64,000 nt of DNA, taken from IMG/VR virus record IMGVR_UViG_3300033066_001396, positions 1-64,000 of that record. One strand, written 5' to 3'. Made by a program: the position numbers and the translations under genes. This document shows positions 1-10,200 of this stretch, piece after piece. Within the stretch, counting starts at the first letter, position 1. The number at the start of each line of letters is the position of its first letter. The notes beneath the pieces were generated by a model that had not been told where the DNA came from, ran no database searches, and saw nothing but the letters and a program-made list of their open reading frames with translations. The stretch comes from a virus. Taxonomy: Duplodnaviria > Caudoviricetes.

Positions 1-890
1 CTTCCTGTAACGCTAATTGAACTAGTTACTGATGGCGTGATACTCGAAGTTACAGATATGCTTGAAGTGACCGAAGGAGTTGTACTGGATGTAACGCTAA
101 TTGAACTGGTCACCGTAGGCGTTACGGTGGCGGTTACCGAAATGGAGCTGGTAACAGATGGAGTTATACTTGAAGTTACTGAAATACTAGAGGTGACACT
201 TGGCGTTACTGAAATCGAACTGGTTACTGACGGCGTAACGCTTGCAGTTACGGAAATTGAACTGGTTACACTTGGAGTAATGCTTGACGTAACCGAAATA
301 CTACTAGTTATAGAAGGCGTAATGCTAATAGAACTAGTTACCGATGCGGTTACCGAGGCCGTGATTGAAATGCTCGAGGTAACGGATGGCGTGATTGAAC
401 TCGTGACTGAAATGCTAGATGTAACCGAAGGGGTTATGCTGCCGGTAATGCTTATTGAACTTGTGACCGAAGGGGTTACAGAAGCGGTCACCGAAGCAGT
501 AACGCTAATTGAATTTGTCGTAGTGGGTGTTGCGGTGACCGAAGCAGTAACGCTTGGCGTGGCCGAATTACTTGTCGAAATACTATTAGTTGTCGACGGG
601 GTAATAGAAGGGCTGGGAGTGGTACTAGCTGTTACACTTGCTGTGATGCTGCCGGTTATAGAAATAGAACTAGTTACGCTGGGGGTAATTGATCCTGTTA
701 CCGAAGGGGTTGGGGTGACGCTAGACGAAGCCGATTGTGTGGGCGTATAACTTATTGACTTGGTAACGGAAGGCGTGACGCTGGCGCTCCTGGTCATGGT
801 AGGAGTTATAGAAACGCTTCTGGTAACGCTTCCTGTTATGCTTGTTGATGGGGTTGTTGACCCGGTTACCGAAGCAGTTGGCGTTGGGGA
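1..890 (-). repeat. Degenerate coding tandem repeat, ~10-14 aa unit TPSVTSSISVT(S/A)S(I/V)
   Basis: Repeats are conserved at peptide level but synonymously diverged at DNA level. Confidence 0.85.
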
Positions 891-1263
891 GCACCTGACA
901 AATGGATCGTATGAAAGACTAAGGCTCTTAGACGGTGTTAGACTGAGACGCGGCGTATTGATTGCCTTGTCAAGTCTGGACTTCAACGCGGTTAAATCCC
1001 GGGCGATATTGAAATAGACCTGGTCCCTGGGATCGTGATCATCATATTCAAGAAGATTGGCAGTTACCTGCAATAATTCTTTAAGATCTTTTTCTGCCCG
1101 CCTTAATTTTATAAGATAGTCTTCCGATAGGACCTCATCTACTGTATATAGCTGTCGGTTGGTGTATGCGGTTAACCAATGATCGATCAATACGGATAGG
1201 GGACGATTTGTTAGATCTCCACTGTCCGTTAGATAAATAGCATCGTCTCGCAATACATGTCAT
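1..1263 (-). CDS. Mucin-like Ser/Thr/Pro-rich protein (partial, runs off left edge); missing from ORF track
   Basis: ATG at 1263-1261 overlaps the TAA of the upstream gene (TAATG). Frame is open to position 1: MTCIARRCYLSNGQW...DPFVRCSPTPTASVTGS then ~290 aa of (TPSVTSSISVTSSI)n repeats. Confidence 0.9.
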
Positions 1264-3563
1264 TATCCTTCTTTTCGTTCGTCTGCCGCATATGCCTCTT
1301 TCCTGTCATGTGTGATAGGGGAAGCCAATAACACACCCGCTTTGATTTCCCCCCTTATCTGCAGCCCAAATACATAGGCCATCTGGGTTCTTTCATGCGG
1401 ATGTTCCGGTATCCAGGTCAAAAATACCTTTTTATTGCCTGCTTTACTAAACAAAAGTGGCCAGTTGCAGTAGTATACATCACCAATGGCATATGCGGTC
1501 CCATCAAAATTACCTAGATAATCAAACTTGGTAGCCGGATGGTTAAGATCAAACCCATGGACAGGGAGCTTGTTATAGTATGGCCATTGATCATCGCGGA
1601 CATCTTGCTCCACATTATACCACGATACCTGCACCTGGTTATCCATAAACACCTCTGTAAATGTTAGCTTAAGAAAATCAAGCTCTTCTTTAGCCATGAT
1701 CCCATGAATAACATCCCATAACTTAGGAACGTAGCGTCTAAACCCATTACGGCAAAACTCTCCCTTCATATCCTCTCCATTCAAGGTCATATCATCTTCG
1801 AAGAAGACATAGTAATCAGCATCTAACTTATCAAAGTGCTCAGCCACATACTGCCTTGCTCCATTGATTCCAAGGTTCTCCATCAATGGAATATGCTTAA
1901 ATCCGTGTTTCTTACACACCTCTGCTATTCCAGCCCTGGCTTCTGGGTCTGTGCTGTTGTCAACCACATACTTCAGTGGTACCGTGAGCCAGTCAGGACA
2001 TGTTTTCTGCATATGAGATATGGTCGTGTCAAGCTGATTTGGCTTTTGGAAGGCAAGAAAATATATGGCTGTCCTGTCTCTTAGCTCGTGATATTCTTTA
2101 TTTAATACGTTCTCTCCGGTGATCACTGCGTTGTCGTTTATCACGGCTTCAAGGAACGGAGATATTATTGTTCCTGGCAATCTGTATCGTCTGAAATAAT
2201 TGGGTCTGAGATAAGACATGATAGCAAAGATCGTCTCCTCCGTACCCATGACTTTATCGGAAAGGCTCATATCAAGCAATCCATAATATTGACTATGCGC
2301 ATATCCTATTGCTCTTTTGGTTCCTCCAAAAAGACCTCCACGACACACATGGTCAACAACGGTCCCGGCATACTGGTGAACCTTTTCGCGCTTCATCCCA
2401 TGTATCTCGGCGGTGGTATTGCTGTAGTCAAAGCTCAGGAAAAGAAATGGATCTATGTACTTGGTCACCTTTCGATAAAATTCAGGTTCACAAAGCAACT
2501 GTTCTGGAACCGTATTGGTGAGTCCTCCATCTACCCATAAGAAGTATTTAGAGTCAAAGGGGTTCCACAGGGTTACATCGTGCATCATAAACATCTTACT
2601 TTGCACAATAGGATTATACCATTCAAGACGCGCCTGCGGGCTTCCTGTAAGCCATCCTCCTTCACCTGTTATGTTAAGCCATTCTTTAGATGTTCTGATT
2701 TCCTGGGTTCGGTCCCAGAAAGGATTATACAGGTTTTTAATGTCACTGAGCTCATAGATTCTTACCTGAGTATTTTCCTTTCTCCTTATCTCCCATACCA
2801 CATGCTCGTATTTTGCTTCTATGAAGACAAACATAGAGCACGGGGCTTTTAATAACTGCCTGAATTTAACCAGGTAATGACTTTCAAAGTCACGCTCGTC
2901 ACGACCTATATTCCATAATCCGGTGACTACTGTCAGCCTGGGATTTGAATTGGTAGCGGGTATATCCATAGATGCAGTTTGAGCGTTTTTGATAACAATA
3001 TGATTTCCACGATCACTAACCTCCATACCCTTAGTTAGTTCTGATAGTTCATCTCGATATGCGTCCATATATCCATCTTCACCACCATATCCATTGATGT
3101 CTTCGATAACGTAAATACCATTAGGTGATAATAAGTTTTTAAGATTCCGAAGCGTTGCCATCTGATATTTAGGGTTGTGATTGCCATCGTCTATGATGAC
3201 ATCATATTGCTTATCGAGTAATCCTAAAATTCCAAGGCCGCTGGAGTCTCCCATTACTGTCCTTATGCGTTCTTCGGTGAACATACAGTCAGAAGCAATA
3301 TCTACGCCCGTGATCTGAGCACCAGGAAAATAATCACGCCATGATCGAAGTGATCCACCAGGAAGGTAATGTGGGAAAAGGTTTAAGTTTCCGGCAAAGC
3401 TAGAAACAACAGATCTATCCATTGTTCCTATGCCTATCTCCAAGACAGCCTTGCACGTATTTCTTATTGGCTCAAAAAGTTCTTTATATGTTGCGGTATA
3501 TCCGCTACGATTTTTATCTGTTCCATAGAAATCGAAAATGCTTTCCAAATCGGTTGACTTCAT
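1263..3563 (-). CDS. Tri-domain glycan-modifying enzyme: class I SAM methyltransferase + HtrL/YibB-like glycosyltransferase + GT-A/GT2-like domain
   Basis: N-term YGTDK, VLEIGIG, GVDI, DVIIDDGNH, GIYVIEDI. Middle LTVVTGLWNIGR, FLWVDGG, GGLFGG, GTEETIF. C-term VVDNS, ENLGINGARQ, VFFEDD. Confidence 0.75.
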   Translation of the reverse strand: MKSTDLESIFDFYGTDKNRSGYTATYKELFEPIRNTCKAVLEIGIGTMDRSVVSSFAGNLNLFPHYLPGGSLRSWRDYFPGAQITGVDIASDCMFTEERIRTVMGDSSGLGILGLLDKQYDVIIDDGNHNPKYQMATLRNLKNLLSPNGIYVIEDINGYGGEDGYMDAYRDELSELTKGMEVSDRGNHIVIKNAQTASMDIPATNSNPRLTVVTGLWNIGRDERDFESHYLVKFRQLLKAPCSMFVFIEAKYEHVVWEIRRKENTQVRIYELSDIKNLYNPFWDRTQEIRTSKEWLNITGEGGWLTGSPQARLEWYNPIVQSKMFMMHDVTLWNPFDSKYFLWVDGGLTNTVPEQLLCEPEFYRKVTKYIDPFLFLSFDYSNTTAEIHGMKREKVHQYAGTVVDHVCRGGLFGGTKRAIGYAHSQYYGLLDMSLSDKVMGTEETIFAIMSYLRPNYFRRYRLPGTIISPFLEAVINDNAVITGENVLNKEYHELRDRTAIYFLAFQKPNQLDTTISHMQKTCPDWLTVPLKYVVDNSTDPEARAGIAEVCKKHGFKHIPLMENLGINGARQYVAEHFDKLDADYYVFFEDDMTLNGEDMKGEFCRNGFRRYVPKLWDVIHGIMAKEELDFLKLTFTEVFMDNQVQVSWYNVEQDVRDDQWPYYNKLPVHGFDLNHPATKFDYLGNFDGTAYAIGDVYYCNWPLLFSKAGNKKVFLTWIPEHPHERTQMAYVFGLQIRGEIKAGVLLASPITHDRKEAYAADERKEG

Positions 3564-3570
3564 TTTTATT

Positions 3571-5193
3571 TTATTTTTTTATGTATACGTTTTCAATAAT
3601 TAATCCATCCATTTCAGTGCTCTCGAGAATTGTCATGGCATCACGAACACTTGAAAGGATAGGCTTGCCATCGACATTAAACGACGTATTTAAAAGAACC
3701 CCAAATCCTTTTATATTATCAAACTGAGTCAATAGATCGTATAAGAATCTATTATTCTCCCGGGTCACTGTCTGTACCCTGGCAGTGCCGTCAATATGTG
3801 TTATGCTTGCTAGCTTCTCCCTCCATTCTTCACGAACAACTGGGCAGAAGCTCATCCACCTACTCTCTCCTTCAAAGTGGAAATACTTGCTGACATCCTC
3901 AAGTCTGACTACCGGAGCAAAAGGCCTATACCATTCCCTGTGCTTTACCTTAGCATTAAGAACATCTTTCATGTTTGGATATGAAGGATCACATAATATA
4001 CTTCTATTTCCCAGTGCGCGGGCACCATGTTCTGATCGTCTTCTGGCCACCCCAATAATCTTTCCGTCAGCCAAATCCTGGGCAACTAGTTTACGGCTTG
4101 CATTCTGTACAGTATAGTTAATAGGTGAGTTTTGTAGATATCCAAAAAGCATTGAGGCATCCATTAACTCTATTCCTGAGTACGTGGCATCATAAGGCTC
4201 TGCAGGCTTAAGGTGGTTAAGCATCATACCCAGTGCAATACCACAATCGTTTGGATTGGGACCAATAAAAACATCTCTTTGCTCTCTTATTTTAGTGTTC
4301 AATAGAATATTTAGCGCACAACCTCCTACAAATACCAGTGGCATTTCTGGATACTGGTCTATATATGGCTGGGTAACCTCAAAAAAACAGCTTTCAAAGG
4401 CTGCCTGGCTAGTAGCCGCAACATTATAAGCAATTTCATCATAAAGACGATTGTTAATGTCAAAAGATACACCTATGTGCCGACCAATGATGTCATTGAC
4501 CATTGTGTACTGATTAACCTGAGAATCCGGCGCAAACACGCCTCCTGGATTCTTTTTGTAAAAATCTATAAAAAATGGAAGCCATTCTTTCACCACAGAA
4601 CCATATGAGGCCAAGCCCATGATCTTGCCTGGATAAACAAGGTTCCCTATGGTTAGAGATTCATACTTTATATCACCAAGGAACTCTCCAAAAAACATGT
4701 ATGGGTATCCAAGGTCATATTCCTGCACCTGGTCATATGGGTTCATTACGCGTTGCAGTAAAACAGGAGACTGCCCCCGCTTGCAGGTATATATATTAAA
4801 CTTGCCATCATTGGCGCCACCATCTACTGAAAATATAAGCGCCTCAGAATATGGTGACTGATAAAAACCACCAGCCGCATGAGATTGATGGTGTAATCCG
4901 TAAACATATTTATTGGCTGGGATGAACTGATCAAGATGATATCTATCAGTAGTGATAACATCCGTATTCATATAAAAGCAGGTGTCAAACTTCTGCACAT
5001 TATATTTTCTCATAATGTGCCCTGCCATATACTTTGCAAGGTACACAATAAGATTATATCGTGGACACATATATTGAGCCATGCCCACATTCTTAAAGTT
5101 CAAAAAACGCTCCATCTCTAAGACCTCAAGGATCTTGCCATTCTCCTCTACAACAAATGTTGCATTATGAGAACCATAAAAAGCTATATTCAT
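3571..5193 (-). CDS. O-carbamoyltransferase, NodU/CmcH/TobZ family
   Basis: HHQSHAA, VDGG, GKIMGLASYG, GGCALN, NDCGIALG, GARALGNRSIL, KHREWYRPFAP, HIDGTARVQTV, LLNTSFNV motifs. Confidence 0.93.
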   Translation of the reverse strand: MNIAFYGSHNATFVVEENGKILEVLEMERFLNFKNVGMAQYMCPRYNLIVYLAKYMAGHIMRKYNVQKFDTCFYMNTDVITTDRYHLDQFIPANKYVYGLHHQSHAAGGFYQSPYSEALIFSVDGGANDGKFNIYTCKRGQSPVLLQRVMNPYDQVQEYDLGYPYMFFGEFLGDIKYESLTIGNLVYPGKIMGLASYGSVVKEWLPFFIDFYKKNPGGVFAPDSQVNQYTMVNDIIGRHIGVSFDINNRLYDEIAYNVAATSQAAFESCFFEVTQPYIDQYPEMPLVFVGGCALNILLNTKIREQRDVFIGPNPNDCGIALGMMLNHLKPAEPYDATYSGIELMDASMLFGYLQNSPINYTVQNASRKLVAQDLADGKIIGVARRRSEHGARALGNRSILCDPSYPNMKDVLNAKVKHREWYRPFAPVVRLEDVSKYFHFEGESRWMSFCPVVREEWREKLASITHIDGTARVQTVTRENNRFLYDLLTQFDNIKGFGVLLNTSFNVDGKPILSSVRDAMTILESTEMDGLIIENVYIKK

Positions 5194-6041
5194 CTAAAAA
5201 AGTTACTAAATGATACTTGGTTGGGATCGTAGGCATCCTTCCAGTCTTCATGATAAAATGTGTCAAACATCCATATGCTGAACCACTGAGGATACTTATT
5301 TACAATGTAAGTACTTATCTCCTCGTCATTACACAAATAATCGGTGAGAAGAAGTCGATGGATTAAGGCGTAAGCTTCGGTTGTATATTTCATTAAGTAA
5401 TCAAAAGAGCCACCGAAAAATCCTCCAACAGGATATGCCTCAGCATGAAAATCACCAAGTTCTTTCTTTAGTCCCAATATGTCAGCATCAGTAGATGGAC
5501 GACACAATACCACAATCTTGCCTTGTACTCTATCCTCTATCTTTTTTAGAGTGCCTGGGGTGAAGGCTAGATCATAATGGTATGAATTTTGCACTCCTTC
5601 TAGGTCATATGATCGCATAGAGCCCGGGAAGAGTCCACTATGGGACAGACCGCAATCAATCCAAAAAACATTCTGTCCCATATCGGCCTCTTTATGCAAG
5701 AAAACGAACTTTGACCAGTATATAATTGATGGCCTGTGGTACCTGTGAATCTTGTCAGGATCGTCGTATTCTTCTGGATTTGACTTCCTTATTGACAATA
5801 CCCTATTAAACCAGGGGCTCTCCTCAAGAACATAAACTTTTATAGTAAGATTACTGAGATTGTTCTTTTCCTTGAAAGCAGTAAGTTGATCATATCCACG
5901 GTTATCAGTATAGCATACTACTGGACAGCCAAAACCACATATTGACCGTAAAGAGTAAAGATACCACAGTTCTCTACTCATCTGTCCCCAGTACGGGGCA
6001 CCAAGATGATTGGCGTAATATGCTGTAACTATTTTTGCCAT
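5190..6041 (-). CDS. HtrL/YibB-like putative glycosyltransferase
   Basis: KIVTAYY, WSKFVFL, FWIDCGLSH, VGGFFGG, DEEI; paralogous to the middle domain of 1263..3563. Confidence 0.65.
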   Translation of the reverse strand: MAKIVTAYYANHLGAPYWGQMSRELWYLYSLRSICGFGCPVVCYTDNRGYDQLTAFKEKNNLSNLTIKVYVLEESPWFNRVLSIRKSNPEEYDDPDKIHRYHRPSIIYWSKFVFLHKEADMGQNVFWIDCGLSHSGLFPGSMRSYDLEGVQNSYHYDLAFTPGTLKKIEDRVQGKIVVLCRPSTDADILGLKKELGDFHAEAYPVGGFFGGSFDYLMKYTTEAYALIHRLLLTDYLCNDEEISTYIVNKYPQWFSIWMFDTFYHEDWKDAYDPNQVSFSNFFR

Positions 6042-6050
6042 AAAACCATT

Positions 6051-6560
6051 TTATTGATTTCTCCACTTACTGGGCTCAATAGGATCTGGCAGTGCCCATA
6101 ATCCATATTTTCCGGCCTGAGCTTTTTTCATGAGTTCAACACCATGTTTATAGCCTTTTACCGGGTGATATCCTTTGTATGCCCATCCCCAGCCGTTTTG
6201 AAGTATAATGTCATCTAGCCGTTCTGTGTCTATAAGCACAAAAGCCATTACCCTGCCAAACTTATCCTTACCATAATAGGTCAGTGTGACATTCTTGCCT
6301 TCAATGAGGTTTTTTACCATCAATTTAGCATCATCACCAAACGGCTGGGCTGGTCTTTTCTTAGGTACAAAGTAAATCTCCGGGCAGTCTACGTTGACAA
6401 GTCTTATCCGCAAGTCGTCAACTATCTTTCCTTTGTAACTGGCGGAATCTACAACGTAGGTGTCTCCATCTATGACACGACCTATATGTGCTTTAGATGT
6501 TTTTTGTGCCTCGATCTGAAAGCAGAGAAGCATTGCGATGAATACAAATATTTTTTTCAT
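6051..6560 (-). CDS. Thermonuclease (staphylococcal nuclease-like) with signal peptide
   Basis: VIDGDT, RIRLVNVDCPE, QPFG, DKFGRVMAFV, GLWA..P.EPSKWR; hydrophobic N-terminus. Confidence 0.9.
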   Translation of the reverse strand: MKKIFVFIAMLLCFQIEAQKTSKAHIGRVIDGDTYVVDSASYKGKIVDDLRIRLVNVDCPEIYFVPKKRPAQPFGDDAKLMVKNLIEGKNVTLTYYGKDKFGRVMAFVLIDTERLDDIILQNGWGWAYKGYHPVKGYKHGVELMKKAQAGKYGLWALPDPIEPSKWRNQ

Positions 6561-6570
6561 AATAAACTTT

Positions 6571-6810
6571 TTATTTTAAATTGGTTGATAGTGTTCCGGT
6601 ATAACACTTGCTGTCAAAATACAATTCCTTTGGCGTTGTGCGAGTATCATTTTGCATTTTCATATAAAGTGGAATATGTCTCGTGAGAATTACTTTATTA
6701 TTCTTGTCAGTAATTGATACAACCTCATTCCCTACAATAATATTTAGGGCTTTCCTTTGAATCATTCGTTGCTCTTTCCTGTTAAATAGGAATAAATAGT
6801 CTTTTTCCAT
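6571..6810 (-). CDS. Hypothetical protein
   Basis: Co-oriented ORF, tightly packed in the operon. Confidence 0.6.
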   Translation of the reverse strand: MEKDYLFLFNRKEQRMIQRKALNIIVGNEVVSITDKNNKVILTRHIPLYMKMQNDTRTTPKELYFDSKCYTGTLSTNLK

Positions 6811-6811
6811 T

Positions 6812-7213
6812 TTATCTCCAAGTCCCTCTTAAATTTAGATATCCATTGACTTTATAAAACCAATATCCTGGCCCTACCCAGGTGCCATTAGGAAGGTCAG
6901 TAAAATAAAGGTTTTTGCCATTAAGTACAAAAGTAGTAGGAATCCCTACACTTGTATCTATTTTGGCTGTTTTTGGTAGGCATTGTGAAGTTATTACATC
7001 TCTCCTTGGAGGGGTAGGTGGCATGGTCCATGGAATATCTGTTGGCTTGAACTCATACATCTCAGAAGGATAGAGTGGATTGTGATCCACACAATGCGTT
7101 ACCCTAACACTCGGGATAGGCGTTGGAGTAGTCCCTGGAACAGGCTTGTGTTCCACAATTAATTTAATAAATGGGAGCATCAAAAAGTTTTTTATAAACT
7201 CTGATCTATTCAT
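6812..7213 (-). CDS. Hypothetical protein with degenerate Tat-like N-terminus and Pro/Thr-rich linker
   Basis: MNRSEFIKN..., PVPGTTPTPIP; ATGA overlap with the upstream gene. Confidence 0.65.
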   Translation of the reverse strand: MNRSEFIKNFLMLPFIKLIVEHKPVPGTTPTPIPSVRVTHCVDHNPLYPSEMYEFKPTDIPWTMPPTPPRRDVITSQCLPKTAKIDTSVGIPTTFVLNGKNLYFTDLPNGTWVGPGYWFYKVNGYLNLRGTWR

Positions 7214-10200
7214 GATTTTAATTTTTCCAATACCATTGAAAGCACTCGTTGATTAGGTCGGTTATTCTTTTTGTTAGGCAACACACTAAATCCAATTGTC
7301 TTCGCGGCAGCGGAGATAGCCGACGATCGGCACTCACCCACAAGGCAATGAACCAATACATTAGCCTTTATCTCGGCAGCATGGCGTAACACCTTAGCGA
7401 TAGCTTCTGCCTGTGCTGGCTGTATACTTTCTGCTTCGGTGGCCAGGACTCCTTTGCTTGTCCATTCATCAGAAAAAGCGAAGTAATACCTTTCCAGGGG
7501 ACTGAATTTAGGCTCAGGAAAGTCCTCTCCGGCATCAAGTATCTGGATTAGTATGGTATTGTCTCCTACTTCAAAATGCTTTCCGTCAACTATGTCTTGC
7601 CTGCTTACATTCTGAATGAAAGGCTCCGTAGGCACACTGTAGTCTTCTGGCACCGGAAGTATTATCTCGACACGTTCAGCCCACTCATCGGACGTTGTTT
7701 GTCCCCAGTAAACCACCCGTGCGACACGTTTATCCATATCATGAGTGAAATACTTAGCATAATGAATAACTCCATTCTGGAAGTTTGGTGGTTGATATTC
7801 CAGGTTTATACCTATTCCATTCTCATCATCAAACGCAACCAAAATATGCTTGTAGTCATTACGAGGGAAGTCTTTGCGTTCTACATTCACAACATAGTAA
7901 AATGATTTTTTCAAACTAGCAGTATAATCTCCAAGTACCAGGGGATTAGGAGGTGGTTGGTTGTCTACGGTGTACTGTTGCACGGCACGGCGCTTAAAGT
8001 CAAGGCCGGCAAATTTCTCATACTGAGCTACCGTCCTGGCTGTACCAAGTCCATAGGTTGGATCGAGGGTTATGTGGGGATGATCTTCTATGCCAAAGAG
8101 CTTCATGATCATCTTCCGGTTTTCATTCTGTTTTTCGTCCCAATGGATTCCCTTACGGTTGTCATCATCCCATTTGCATATCTGACTTCTCTCCTCTCTC
8201 ATCGTGCCGTGCCATAGGACAAGGCGGTGTGGATGATAGAAATCATATCCGTGAGTCCATGACCGTACTGTCAGGTTTATCTCTTCCCCGGCGAAGTAAA
8301 TGCTGGGGTCATGTCGCACATCCCTGGCCCACTGGCTCCTGGCGAAGTCAAAGTGACCACACAGGAAGCGGGCCGGAATGGGCTTGGTTGCCGTCTCCCA
8401 CCCATTAAGAGATTGTGGTCCTATAAATATTGTCCCAAAAGGATAGAAGCACCGGAATCCAGACATCCAGGGGTGTGTAACTCGGTCGCCAGGATCGTTG
8501 AATGGGCTGTATTGTGGTGTGTATCCGGTTAATATCGGCTTTTCTACGCCATCAGCTTCCAACCCATTAAGCATACCGATCATAATGCAGTCCCAGTCTT
8601 TTACAAAGCGGTGATGGGCATCAAGCTGCAGTACATAATCTTCGTCAGTCAGCAAGGTGTCGTTGATCAGCCCCCTGGCATAAGGAAGCCCCTTGGCCTC
8701 TTCATACGGCATATCAATGATCTTAAATCTGGGATCACTCCTGAACTCATCAAGGTTGTCAAACCCATCAGTAGGATTGTATTGCCGGCATATGCCGAAA
8801 TGTATACGGGCAGGATGTGTTGCGTGTAACAGCGCATCGAGTATCGTTGGAATCAGTTCTGGCTCCCGGTATGCCGGAAGATGCACCAGGATGGTCTCGG
8901 AGAATGTGTCTAGCGCCATATCCTCATTCACATCATCGATAGTAGCTATCCCTGGCGTTTGTGTGTATGGGGTTTCCAGGTTCTTTTTATACAAAGCAAC
9001 CATGTCCGTTTTTGACGGTGGAGGCATAGCTACTTCAACATGAGGCCGATCTTCAACATGGGTCTCGCTTGACGCTGCCTTAACAACGGCCTTTCCTCTC
9101 AGATCTTTCCATATAGGATCGGCCCATCCTTTTGACGTGCTGAATGGCCATACCAGGGCTTTTACAGGCACCCGATCATAAAAGAACTCCCTCCATATCT
9201 TACAATACTTGTCTGGATCTTTGAAGTATCTTTCTATCTCTGCTGGTCCGGCATCTTGACGATACACGTCCTGATCATGCTCGTCACGGAACGCAACCAC
9301 CCAGAACTCATAATCTTTCTCCGGGACTTCATGATATCCTATATCGATACAATGCTTAAAGAATGGGAGAAAGGACTGATCATATTGTTCTTTTATCGCA
9401 TAATATGGGTTGGGAGGGGGATAGTTGTTTATAGTATATTTCTGGACGCTGCAGTCTTTAAACCGGATTCCTGAAAACTTTTCATATTCATCGAGCGATC
9501 TTTCTGTCCCCAGGCCAAACATACCCAGGTCTTCCCGATCACACCTAATACCTAAAAGCCTTCTGAATCGATCATGCGCCCGGCTGTTAAGTTTGTCATA
9601 TTGTGATCCGTTGTCGTCCCAGTGTCGCTTAAATCCTTTGCGCTCATAAAAGTGGTATATAAAACAGCGGTGAGGGTGAAAAAGGTCATATCCATGGGTA
9701 AAGGCGCGAACTGCTATGCTGGGCTCTTCACCATGAAAGTACATCTGAGGATCATGAGGGACCTCCTTTACAAACAAACCAGTGGTGAAAGCAAAATGGG
9801 CTGAATATAAGCGAGCGCGTATAGGCATTGTTATTTTGCCGGTGTCAGGCACATTCTGTGGTTCCACGTGTAACATCCCGTCATCAGGAGCAAACCTATT
9901 AAATCGCAAGGTCCACACTTCGTCTTTGTTGATATAAACCTCGGTCTGTGGATCATACCCTGGGACATATCCGGTTAATAGCGGCTTTTTAAATCCTTTG
10001 GCCTGAAGAGATAAATAGGTATCTATAAGATACAGGTCCCATGATTTGACAAAGCGGTGATGAGAATCTAACTGAAGCGTGTATTTCTCTCCATTATATT
10101 GCTGTTGAAGCATGTTCCTTGCCCAACATACTCCGCCAGAGTTTTTGTAATCAATGTCAATGATTTTAAACCGGGGATCGTCTTTGAATTCATCAAGATC

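Noticed and set aside
1-890. Repeats as a CRISPR array
   Set aside because: No identical DNA repeats with unique spacers; conservation is at peptide level only; no cas genes.
37-1017. Plus-strand ORFs 37..750 and 760..1017 (V/E/T/G-rich)
   Set aside because: Antisense shadows of the minus-strand S/T/P repeat gene; the same artefact gives 10904..11233, 17487..17768 and 19989..20333.
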